From Eledone cirrhosa (taxonomy: Eukaryota): DNA of 64,000 nucleotides. A program made the translations under genes and the position numbers. The first letter of the stretch is position 1; each line of letters opens with the position of its first letter. The DNA lies in assembly GCA_964016885.1 (NCBI GenBank), contig OZ024743.1, positions 95,790,001-95,854,000 of the forward strand, in the 5' to 3' direction. Below the pieces are notes generated by a model, which was given only the letters and a program-made list of their open reading frames with translations, searched no databases and was not told where the DNA came from. Shown here piece by piece: positions 1 to 12,150 of the stretch.

Positions 1-99
1 GATGATATTTAATTTAAGTAAAAAGGATTAGGTAGGGTGTAAGGGAGGTAATTCTTTAGAGAGACAGGTATTTGTAAATGTTTCATTTTCGTTCCAGTA

Positions 100-249
100 T
101 TAGTTTATTCCGAAGTTTAATGCATTAAATAGAGGTTGGAATTTGTTAATGAAATACGTTTCCTTATTGGTACGATGGATGAAAGGAACGTTGTCTATGA
201 ATTTGTAAATGGGGGAAATTTTAAAGTTTGATTTGTGATTTATGGACGG
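100..249 (-). pseudogene. C-terminal tail of a GIY-YIG endonuclease from a second, different Penelope-like element
   Basis: Manual translation of the minus strand gives PSINHKSNFKISPIYKFIDNVPFIHRTNKETYFINKFQPLFNALNFGIN*. The R..KE..FI.KFQP..N pattern matches the PLE endonuclease C-terminus (compare RQITEAINIKELQPKLN in the 5427-5960 ORF), but the DNA is unrelated to that copy. Confidence 0.7.
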
Positions 250-2445
250 TCTAATTTACCCTTGTGTTCTATTTTAGCATGTTGGTAGAGTACAGATGAT
301 TCTTTATTATCTTGAAGGTCTCGCCAGTGTTCATTTATCCGTTCCCCTACACTACGAGCTGTCTCACCTATGTACACTATATTTTTGTCTCTACATTGTC
401 CTTCAGTACATCTTATGCTATACACTACATTTCTAGTTTTACAGTTAATATGGGGGCTTATTTTACAGGTTATACATTTCTTATCTATACATGAGGGTCT
501 TTGAAAAGGGTATGTCTTGCTAATAAGTGTTTTTACAGAGGTACCTGGTCTTTCTACTATCTTAATATTGAGTTTATATTTATTTAGGGCCCTTCTAAAT
601 TTGTAAGCTAATTCACCTCTAGGGGTTGTATCGATGAACATTACACTCTGGTATTTATTGCTATCATACCATGAGTTTATTCTATTAGCCTTGTTCCTAG
701 TTCTTTCTATTCTATTCCAAAATTTGCTCCTATACAAGGGGCAGATCCCATTTATGTCATTATTTACCATTTTTTTCCATTTGGTTCTGGCTCCTCTATA
801 CACTCTGATTTTATCTCTCTGATTGTAGCCAGAGAACTGCATACGGTGGATGAAGTGTTGTATGTGTCTCTCTAGTTCTTCGGGGTTGCACATACGGGAC
901 ACATTTCTCATCACCCGTACCAAATCCGCAATCAGTATGTTGATTTTGGTATGGTCCGAAACGGCCGAGTTTCGGTGGATCAGATGTTTGGAAGTCATGG
1001 GTTTGGCATAATGGGAATGTAGGATTTGTTTTTTGTTGTTAATGGTATCTAACCAGAGCTCTGTGTCTAGTACAGGTAATCGATGGTTGGAGTGTTTACT
1101 TGGGTAGTCTATAGTAACTCTAATGCTCTGGTGGATGGAGTTTGCTATTTGCTGGATGCTTTCCATTGTGTTTTTCTCTAGTTCCTGACAGTTCTCTAGT
1201 GGGGGTGTCTTAACTACGATGTTTATATCATCTACGTAGCGGGAGTACATTATCAGGGTTAAGGGGTCTTCTAATTGTTCTTTAAGTTTAAGTTTAAGTC
1301 TACTGTCCCACCATACCATGAATAAGTTAGCTATGTCGCCTGCAATGCTAACACCAATGGCTGCTCCTTCCTCTTGGGCATATGTTTTTCCATTAAATTT
1401 GAACATATGTTCCTTAAGGGTTAGTTTTATGCTGGCCCCTACCGCATGTGCAATCATTTTCTTCAGTTCATCGTGGTTTTCGGGTGTCCGTATGGCTCTG
1501 GTCCACCCGTCCATCTATCTGTGTGGGTTTTCTTGGCCATTGAGGTAATGGTAGGTGGTCTGCCTCTTGCTGGTCTTGTAGGGCACAGGTTGCTAAGGTC
1601 ATATGTGTCTAGGTAATTATTACTATAGGTAAGCTTAAGTAGGAGTCCCAGCTCACTGGTATCAATCCCACGGAACTCAACCTTGCTCTCACTGATCATT
1701 TCTACGCATTTCTCCACAGCAAAATCCACGTCAATAGATGGATACAGGGACACAACATCCATACTGCCTATTATGCAGTTTGTTAGGTCCCCAGATCGGT
1801 TACTCACGCCGATTCTGCTGAGGAGGTCCTCCGTGCTGTCACATACATCTGGGGACATTTCAATGATGGGGCGCATGATCAGGGAGAGGAAGTAGGACAG
1901 TCTGTAGTTACTAGCAATGTTAGCTCCACAGACTGGCCGTGTTGGTGGTCCCGCGACAGGGTTACAGCCCGTTTTATAGTCTTTTCGAAGCCCATACAAC
2001 GCCGGCACGTCATTGTTCCAGGCCTGGAAGTTGTTGGCAGTCCTTTTGTTGGGCTGCATTATATTCGTCCACATCACCATATGGGCATTGAGGGCTTTTT
2101 CTCTATCCTCATGCTCCTGTGGTGTTACCTCTCTTGTGTTAGTGATGTGGGGTTGCATTGCCTGGATGTAGTTTGGCAGGCTGTCAACCGACATTCTGCC
2201 AGACTTGTCTGTTGGAAAGCATGCTATCTCTCCATTACGTGAGCGCTGCATGAGCTTACGCAAGCCATTTGCAGATTTTTCTCCCAGTTGCTGGGCCTCC
2301 ATTCTATTATGCTTCTTGCTATACTGTTCTATAATATTTCTAAGTTCGGATCTAGCTATACTAAATTGTGCTTCTGTTTGTTCATCGACCTGCGACGGCA
2401 ATTGCGTGCGTTTGTTAAATGGTAAAGTCGTGGCGTGGACTCATC
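250..2445 (-). mobile_element. Penelope-like retroelement, inverted truncated copy (RT plus most of GIY-YIG); one frameshift near 1510
   Basis: ORFs 1463-2401 (TDKSG, PTRPV, SMDVVSLYPSI) and 240-1514 (GAAIG, YSRYVDD, LPVLD, NVVY...YIGETARSVGERINEH). Near-identical reverse complement of 3616-5818. Confidence 0.93.
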
Positions 2446-2984
2446 CCGAGTTTACACCAACACCATCAACACCGTCGTTAGAAGATTACAACTCACCAAA
2501 AAACAAGCAGATAGGCTAAAACGAACATTAATTCTAAACATAAAAAAAGAAGATCTATAGAGAATTAAGTTATCAAGAAAAACATAAGCGTAACCTAATA
2601 CAAGAAATAGCTAGGATCACCACACCAAGAGAGAAACTAATGTTTATAAGCCTTATACGCCCTGAAGAACAGTACATTACTCAAGAATGTGATAAGCACT
2701 TTAACAAGAAACTAAAGTGGCTTAAGCAGATAAAGCTAAATCAGGATACTATAGAGAATACCAATAGATATCCCGACAAAATTGACGGTATAAATATGGC
2801 CGACACCTCATTAACAGAAGAGTTCAACAACAACAACAACACAAATATATACGGTAACACAAGAATAGATGACGATGAGATGTCTGTGTTATGTTTACCC
2901 CCGAAATTTGAGACATTCAAGAAGGTAAATATGATTAGTTGTCTGTCAGAAATAGAAAAATAATTTACAAAACTACGCTGGAGC

Positions 2985-3300
2985 CTCAAAAACAAAAACA
3001 AAAACAAAAGCAACAATATACGCACACACATATACAACACACATCCCAACAACAACAGACACACAGACACAAACAACAATAACAACAACACACACACCAA
3101 CAACAACAACAATAACAACATACCCAGAAACAACAACAAAAGACACGCAGACACAAACAACAATAACAACACACACAACAACAATAACACACACGGAGAC
3201 AACAACAACACACATCGACAACAGCACACATCAACAACAACAACACACACACATTCAATGCCTCTCACCACCACCACAATCTTAACAAACACACAGACAC
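2985..3300 (+). repeat. (ACA/CA)-rich low-complexity expansion inside the PLE N-terminal coding region
   Basis: Degenerate acaacaaca/cacaca runs directly after the KLRW motif; these produce the spurious poly-L/V/C ORFs on the minus strand. Confidence 0.85.
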
Positions 3301-3907
3301 AGAAAACAAGTAATGACAGTAGCACAGAAATCACAGAAATAAAGGAAAGTAATAGGATTAAAAAGAGAAGGGAGACTAAGGACAAAGAGAATAACCAAGA
3401 CGAACACACAGACACACAAAATAGGGTAGATAACAACAATGAGCCAGTGGAAAGAGACAGGAGTAATTGTGAGAGACATAGAAACAACCATGAGGCTGTT
3501 GGTGGAAATAGAAATAGAAACAACACAACTAACAATAACAATAGCACTAGTACACATAAAGCAGCAGCCTGGAACTCTACGTTTTAGAATCACTCCGATA
3601 AATCATTCGACCTGCGATGAGTCCACGCCACGACTTTACCATTTAACAAACGCACGCAATTGCCGTCGCAGGTCGATGAACAAACAGAAGCACAATTTAG
3701 TATAGCTAGATCCGAACTTAGAAATATTATAGAACAGTATAGCAAGAAGCATAATAGAATGGAGGCCCAGCAACTGGGAGAAAAATCTGCAAATGGCTTG
3801 CGTAAGCTCATGCAGCGCTCACGTAATGGAGAGATAGCATGCTTTCCAACAGACAAGTCTGGCAGAATGTCGGTTGACAGCCTGCCAAACTACATCCAGG
3901 CATTGCA

Positions 3908-5404
3908 TTGCAACCCCACATCACTAACACAAGAGAGGTAACACCACAGGAGCATGAGGATAGAGAAAAAGCCCTCAATGCCCATATGGTGATGTGGACG
4001 AATATAATGCAGCCCAACAAAAGGACTGCCAACAACTTCCAGGCCTGGAACAATGACGTACCGGCGTTGTATGGGCTTCGAAAATACCATAAAACGGGCT
4101 GTGACCCTGTCGCGGGACCACCAACACGGCCAGTCTGTGGAGCTAACATTGCTAGTAACTACAGACTGTCCTACTTCCTCTCCCTGACCATACGCCCCAT
4201 CATTGAAATGTCCCCAGATGTATGTGACAGCACGGAGGACCTCCTCAGCAGAATCGGCGTGAGTAACCGATCTGGGGACCTAACAAACTGCATAATAGGC
4301 AGTATGGATGTTGTGTCCCTGTATCCATCTATTGACGTGGATTTTGCTGTGGAGAAATGCGTAGAAATGATCAGTGAGAGCAAGGTTGAGTTATGTGGGA
4401 TTGATACCAGTGAGCTGGGACTCCTACTTAAGCTTACCTATAGTAATAATTACCTAGACACATATGACCTTAGCAACCTGTGCCCTACAAGACCAGCAAG
4501 AGGCAGACCACCTACCATTATCTCAATGGCCAAGAAAACCCACACAGATAGATGGAACGGGTGGACCAGAGCCATACGGACACCCGAAAACCACGATGAA
4601 CTGAAGAAAATGATTGCACATGCGGTAGAGGCCAGCATAAAACTAACCCTTAAGGAACATATGTTCAAATTTAATGGAAAAACATATGCCCAAGAGGAAG
4701 GAGCAGCCATTGGTGTTAACATTGCAGGCGACATAGCTAACTTATTCATGGTATGGTGGGACAGTAAACTTAAACTTAAACTTAAAGAACAATTAGAAGA
4801 CCCCTTAACCCTGATAATGTACTCCCGCTACGTAGATGATATAAACATCGTAGTTAAGACACCCCCACTAGAGAACAGTCAGGAACTAGAGAAAAACACA
4901 ATGGAAAGCATCCAGCAAATAGCAAACTCCATCCACCAGAGTATTAGAGTTACTATAGACTACCCAAGCAAACACCCCAACCATCGATTACCTGTACTAG
5001 ACACAGAGCTCTGGTTAGATACCATTAACAACAAAAAACAAATCCTACATTCCCATTATGCCAAACCCATGACTTCCAAACATCTGATCCACCGAGACTC
5101 GGCCGTTTCGGACCATACCAAAATCAACATACTGATTGCGGATTTGGTACGGGTGATGAGAAATGTGTCCCGCATGTGCAACCCCGAAGAACTAGAGAGA
5201 CACATACAACACTTCATCCACCTTATGCAGTTCTCTGGCTACAATCAGAGAGATAAAATCAGAGTTTATAGAGGAGCCAGAACCAAATGGGAAAAAATGG
5301 TAAATAATGACATAAATGGGACCTGCACCTTGTATAGGAGCAAATTTTGGAATAGAATAGAAAGAACTAGGAACAAGGCTAATAGAATAAACTCATGGTT
5401 ATGA
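3908..5404 (+). pseudogene. PLE reverse transcriptase domain (frameshifted at both ends)
   Basis: Motifs PTRPVC, SMDVVSLYPSI, QEEGAAIG, YSRYVDD, RLPVLD, HYAKPM. Confidence 0.9.
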
Positions 5405-5426
5405 TAGCAATAAATACCAGAGTGTA

Positions 5427-5960
5427 ATGTTCATCGATACAATCCCTAGTGGTGAATTAGCTTACAAATTTAGAAGGGCCCTAAATAAACATAAACTCAA
5501 TATTAAGATAGTAGAAAGACCAAGTACCTCCGTAAAAACACTTATTAGCAAGACATACCCTTTTCAAAGACCCTCATGTATAGATAAGAAATTTATAACC
5601 TGTAAAATAAGCCCCCATATTAACTGTAAAACTAGAAATGTAGTGTATAGCATAAGATGTACTGAAGGACAATGTAGAGACAAAAATATAGTGTACATAG
5701 GTGAGACAGCTCGTAGTGTAGGGGAACGGATAAATGAACACTGGCAAAACCTTCAAGATAATAAAGAATCATCTGTACTCTACCAACATGCTAAAATAGA
5801 ACACAAGGGTAAATTAGAGAACATAGAAATAAAAATAGAATCTACACACAGAAAAGACGCAATGTTTAGACAAATTACAGAGGCAATAAACATAAAAGAA
5901 TTACAACCAAAATTAAATAGAAAATATGAGTTGAACAGCAACATCACAACTTACAATTAA
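5427..5960 (+). pseudogene. PLE GIY-YIG endonuclease domain
   Basis: CKTRNVVYSIRC...YIGETARSVGERINEH...RQITEAINIKELQPKLN. Confidence 0.9.
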
Positions 5961-6160
5961 GGACAAAATGAAAACACACACACACATAGAACAAACAACC
6001 AACCAGTAACATGTAAATAAACAAATAAATAAATGAACATAAACACACACAGACTCCCGGATGTGGCGCATGCGCAGACTGAGCACACAACACACACACA
6101 GAAACAAAATGGCGTAGGACAGAACAAAGGAGAGGCACAGAAACAAAGAAAGGAATCCCC

Positions 6161-6205
6161 AGTCACTGAAGAGGTCACAGAGTGTATGACGAAAGAACTA
6201 TGACT
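6161..6205 (+). ncRNA. Minimal type-I hammerhead ribozyme motif in the PLE 3' pLTR
   Basis: agtca-CTGAAGA-g-gtca(cagagtgta)tgac-GAAA-gaac-TA-tgact. Stem I agtca/tgact, stem II gtca/tgac, vestigial stem III. The location is typical of PLE HHRs. Confidence 0.75.
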
Positions 6206-6249
6206 ATATATAAACAACTATCTGGTTGTGGAACCAACCAACCAACCAG

Positions 6250-6375
6250 AAATTTATAAATTTATAAATTTATTATAAATTTATAATAATACATTGAAGT
6301 TTTATAATAAATTGAAGTATTATAATAAATTGATGTTTTATAATAAATTGAAGTATTATAATAAATTGATGTTTT
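6250..6375. repeat. AT-rich minisatellite, about 18-bp unit (ttataataaattgaagta)
   Basis: Four to five visible copies following aaatttat repeats at the PLE 3' end. Confidence 0.8.
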
Positions 6376-6528
6376 TCCCACATTAGATGTGAGAAAAACC
6401 ACAGACCCTCCATCATATTTTTTTTTATATAAGACTCCAGTTGCATTTTCGATTTCATCTTTTTTTCTTTATACTTTCACTCGTGTAGGACACCTCGGTT
6501 ATTTTTCATTTTGTAAAAAAAACCTCAC

Positions 6529-6576
<48 letters not shown>

Positions 6577-6578
<2 letters not shown>

Positions 6579-6801
6579 TTTCTGATTTAAGCACAAAGTC
6601 AACCATTTTGGAGGATGGAGAAAATCAATCAAATCGACCCAGTGTGTTACTGGTGCTTTATATTATCGATTATCGACCCCGTAATGATGAAAGGCAAAGC
6701 TAACCTCGACGGGATTAAAACTCAGACCATAAAGGACCGTAACTCTATGCTGCAATGCATGGTGTCCGACCCTCTACCGATACTGTTACTCCAGCGCCCT
6801 T
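6577..6801 (-). mobile_element. tRNA-derived SINE (family with GCCTTTCATC...GGGGTCGATAA...AGTACCAGT core)
   Basis: Reverse complement reads aagggcgctggagtaacagtatcggtagagg...ctgagttttaatcc...gctttgcctttcatcattacggggtcgataa...tgtgcttaaatcagaaacc; similar to the copy at 7213-7400. Confidence 0.75.
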
Positions 6802-6887
6802 AATAGTTATTAATAGTTGGTATTACAAATTAGCATAACTATTACAAAATTCCCCTATCTATACGATATTACATTTTAGTCGATAAT

Positions 6888-6967
6888 GAAAGTGGTGATT
6901 TCGTGGTTAAAACGTTCGGATCACGATCGCGAGTTCGAGTACCAGTACAGCGTTATGTTCTTGGGCG

Positions 6968-6972
<5 letters not shown>
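6888..6972 (+). mobile_element. Degenerate tRNA-SINE head truncated by (CA)n
   Basis: gtggttaaaacgttcgg...gagttcgagtacc...gttcttgggc resembles the head of the SINEs at 9165 and 11897. Confidence 0.5.
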
Positions 6973-7041
<69 letters not shown>

Positions 7042-7087
7042 TACATCAAGCTAAATCTTCCTGAAATCTAAATTAAAGGTAAACGTA

Positions 7088-7476
7088 AAAGAGTCGGCTA
7101 TAAATTTAATAGGCTGAAAATTTCACAGACTGACCAAGATGCTCTCATGGAATGACCAAATGAGGTTTATTTGTCAACATTATTAATAAGAAGAGCTGAA
7201 ATTATTACATTCAAGGGCGGTGGATTGGCAGTATCGGTAGAGAGTTGGACGCCATACTTTCTAGCATAGTTACGTCCCTTTACGGTCTGAGTTCAAATCA
7301 CTCAAGGTTAACTTTGCCTTTCATCCTTACGGGAGTCGATAAAATAAAGTACCAGTAATACACTGAGATAATTGCTGGTCTTGTGCCAAAAGTAGAAACA
7401 ATTATTACATGCAAGATTTCACAGCTCTAGCATCAATCCTTCATAGTCAGCCTATGAATGTTTTAGCTGACCCTCG
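7088..7476. mobile_element. Degenerate Tc1/mariner-type MITE interrupted by a SINE
   Basis: The right end agtcagcctatgaatgttttagctgaccctcg+TA is inverted-similar to the left gagtcggctataaatttaataggctga. The CTCG-TA terminus matches that of the mariner at 10075. Confidence 0.5.
7213..7400 (+). mobile_element. tRNA-derived SINE with probable 11-bp TSD
   Basis: A/B-box-like tggcagtatcgg and gagttcaaatc, core gcctttcatccttacgggagtcgataaaataaagtaccagt. Flanked by aattattacat at 7200-7210 and 7400-7410. Confidence 0.78.
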
Positions 7477-8189
7477 TAGTTGAATTGGTTTGACAGACAT
7501 TACCTACTGCCCTTGTTTATAATGGTCAATGTTACTGAATAGTTACTCGCATAAACCTAGCTAGTTTCTCTTAACCTTCTTTCTCTTTTCCTTCCTCTAT
7601 TCCTCTCACTCTCTCTTTCTCTCTCCATTCACTCTATCGTTCTCTTCCTTTTTTTTATTATTTTCTCTCTTTGTCTTTCGCTCTCTCTTAATCGTGCTTC
7701 AGACAATTATTGATGCATCTTACAAATTACGAATACAACTTATCTCAACAGCGTTAGACATCAACTTAAAGCCTCAATTATATTCGCTTTTATAAAAGCA
7801 TGATGTCAGCTGACATAGAACGTGACATTAAAAGGTGCTCGCTACCAGCCGAGGGCGAATATATTGCTAACATTATACGCCTACTGCTTATGCAACTTCG
7901 TGTCATCAATGCTTTTTTTCTCTTTACGTTAGAACTTATTGATTTTCATATGAGCTACCTGTGTTTAGGTTCGCTTTAATGAAGAGAAAGACTAAAAATA
8001 TATAAACTAGTTCAGTCGTAAACCAAACCTATACTCTCTGTTTCTTTAACCAGATTAAACCCACATTCCAAAACGAAGCTAATAGTAAACAAAGTGGTCT
8101 TTATTTTAACCTAATATTGCAGCTATTAGTACAAATACTGGCTATTTCCTTTGTAGGTATATAAGAGGAACGCATAATATACACATGTC

Positions 8190-8606
<417 letters not shown>

Positions 8607-8890
8607 CTTGGTTAAGAGAGTGGGACTGGCTTTGTGCAGTGCCTTTGCTCACTATAAAAGCTTCACGGCACAGGCATTGCTTTATATCTGGAGATCTCTC
8701 TGCACTTGTCGTCACATGGTATCATGGGCCCAGCACTATGTGTCAATAATTGTCACAAGTGTAGTGTTTGTACCAGAGTTTTCAAGTCGCTGGCTGGACT
8801 AAAAAGTCACACTCGTTCAGCGTATCGGTAGGGGTTCTTCTACATGGATATAAAGTAGTGGCCGTACTCGAAAACGAGTTGGCAGCCACC
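8607..8890 (+). mobile_element. 3' end of an RTE-type LINE (C-terminal zinc finger, 3' UTR hairpin, TA tail)
   Basis: 8751-8831 translates as [26 protein letters not shown] (CxxC...S..GL.SH.R, typical of RTE ORF ends). It is followed by the hairpin gtggccgtactcgaaaacgagttggcagccac. Confidence 0.7.
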
Positions 8891-8913
8891 ATATATGTAT
8901 ATATATATATATG

Positions 8914-8983
<70 letters not shown>

Positions 8984-9039
8984 TGTGTGTGTGTTTGTGT
9001 GTATAATGTATATATATATATATATATATATGTGTGTAT

Positions 9040-9076
<37 letters not shown>

Positions 9077-9164
9077 TCCAATCGATCGACTTTCGTCAAA
9101 TCGGACCGAGGAAACAATGTTTCCATTGGTCTTTCCAATTGCTAATACTATCTATCGGTCGCAA

Positions 9165-9727
<563 letters not shown>

Positions 9728-9822
9728 AGATGTCAACATGAATGGACCTGTTATTTTTATCTAAAGACATTTTTCCAATTCCAACCCACCCGTACCCTCA
9801 ATCTATCTTATTTCTCATTCTT

Positions 9823-9858
9823 TCTTCTGATGAAGGACTAGTGTCCGAAACGTTAAGA
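9823..9858 (+). ncRNA. Minimal type-I hammerhead motif in a PLE 3'-end remnant (about 9726-9945)
   Basis: tctt-CTGATGA-a-ggac(tagt)gtcc-GAAA-cgtt-aaga with palindromic stem III aacgtt. It is preceded by a remnant reading ...[11 protein letters not shown] that resembles a PLE endonuclease end. Confidence 0.75.
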
Positions 9859-9940
9859 CCCTCTTCTTGCTATATCAAGCGTTAACCTAATATATCCCTT
9901 CCATATACTGTACCGATTGTGTTGTTATTTCTGTTTACCC

Positions 9941-10951
<1,011 letters not shown>

Positions 10952-10974
10952 TATATATATATATATATATATAT

Positions 10975-11131
10975 ACCCTAATCAGAATGGATGCAGGAAA
11001 AACCTGTTAGACCATTACTCACCAGAGTACTCGATACTTTGGGTAGTAGAGTGCTTTAATATAAAGGCATAACGACTCCTGTTGAAACAGCAGGAGTTTA
11101 GCTCAGTCATCGGGGTCCCAACTCCTTTATA

Positions 11132-11138
<7 letters not shown>
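10975..11138 (-). mobile_element. Short non-autonomous element in (TA)n; same family as 19042-19257
   Basis: Reverse complement contains gaccccgatgactgagctaa and actctactacccaaagtatcgagtactctggtgagtaatggtc, matching segments at 19056 and 19176-19218. tatacccta occurs at both ends. Confidence 0.55.
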
Positions 11139-11213
<75 letters not shown>

Positions 11214-11279
11214 GTGTATGTGTGTGTATGTATGTATGTACCGCATGTGTAAATCAGGATATTATAAAGACAAACAACA

Positions 11280-11534
11280 TAAGTGTGTGTGACAGCTCAC
11301 ACCTATGCAGGTTTAGCTGGCCTCCTCCAAGGTATATCTCGTTGGAAGTGTCTTGGGTGATTTAATGATAGGGACCCCAGTCTTATCTTCACATTTCTAC
11401 AGCTGAGTAAACTGGAGCAATGTGAAATAAAGTGTCTTGCTCAAGGAAACAACACATCACCCGGTCCGAGAATTGAACTCACAACCTTTCGATTGCAATC
11501 CCAATGCTCTAACCACTGAGCCATGCGCCTTCAC
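11280..11534 (-). mobile_element. Full-length tRNA-derived SINE
   Basis: A box tggctcagtggttagagc, B box gagttcaattc, ccttgagcaagacactt domain; inverted homologue of 11897-12150. Confidence 0.88.
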
Positions 11535-11698
11535 AACATAAGACAAACAGTTGACTGAATGAGTAACGATTAATTCTATTTATATTGGTGTCGTCAGAGA
11601 AAACATTGTCATGGAACATTACTGTCTTTTCTGACGACACAAATATAAACATTATTAACCAGTAACCCTTGAGTAATTCAGATTGTAATCTATAAATT

Positions 11699-11783
11699 CT
11701 TCTACTCTATATATGCCTCTACTCTATATATGCCTCTACTCTATATATGCCTCTACTCTATATATGGCTCTACTCTATATATG
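11699..11783. repeat. 17-bp minisatellite (ctctactctatatatgc), about 5 copies
   Basis: Direct inspection. Confidence 0.9.
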
Positions 11784-11896
11784 AATAATGGAGCTCCAAC
11801 AACGTTTTTTTGCTTCTTCTTTTATATTATTTTATTTTGTTTATCTTTGTAAAAGCATGGGTTAGGAGAAAATAATGATTTATTTTCATCCTTACG

Positions 11897-12150
11897 TCAA
11901 GGCACATGGCTTAGTGGTTAGAGCATTGGGCTTGCAATCGAAAGGTTGCGAGTTCAATTCTCGGACCGAGCGATGTGTTGTTTCCTTAGCATGACTTTAT
12001 TTCACGTTGCTCCAGTTTACTCAGCTGTGGAAATGAGATGATAGGACTGGGATCCCTCTCATTAAATTACCCAAGACACCTCCAACGAGATATACCTTGG
12101 AAGAGGCCAGCTAAATCTCCATAGGTGTGAGCTGTCATACACACACACTT
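11897..12150 (+). mobile_element. Full-length tRNA-derived SINE
   Basis: aaggcacatggcttagtggttagagcattggg...gagttcaattctcggacc...ctccagtttactcagctg...gtgtgagctgtcatacacacacactt. Confidence 0.88.

Larger units (their letters stand above)
2446..6230 (+). mobile_element. Penelope-like retroelement, near full-length but decayed (N-terminal region, RT, GIY-YIG, 3' pLTR with hammerhead)
   Basis: N-terminal PLE motifs LCLPPKF...EIEK*FTKLRW (about 2890-2980) and SFDLR*VHATTLPFNKRTQLP (3603-3665). RT in 3660-5404 with YVDD. Cys-rich linker and NVVY/YIGET GIY-YIG in 5427-5960. Stops at 2961, 3585 and 3618; frameshifts near 3905 and 5400. Confidence 0.93.

Noticed and set aside
2741-3593. Hydrophobic or Cys-rich minus-strand ORFs resembling membrane or metallothionein-like proteins
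   Set aside because: They are the antisense reading of the ACA-rich insert in the PLE.
6108-6135. Similarity of the PLE 3' UTR (ggcgtaggacagaac) to the satellite monomer (ggcgtaggaagaga)
   Set aside because: Only 9 bp match, which is compatible with chance.
11897-11970. tRNA genes (also at 9225-9297 and 11460-11534)
   Set aside because: The tRNA-like heads continue into shared SINE bodies and lack a proper acceptor stem; they are SINEs.
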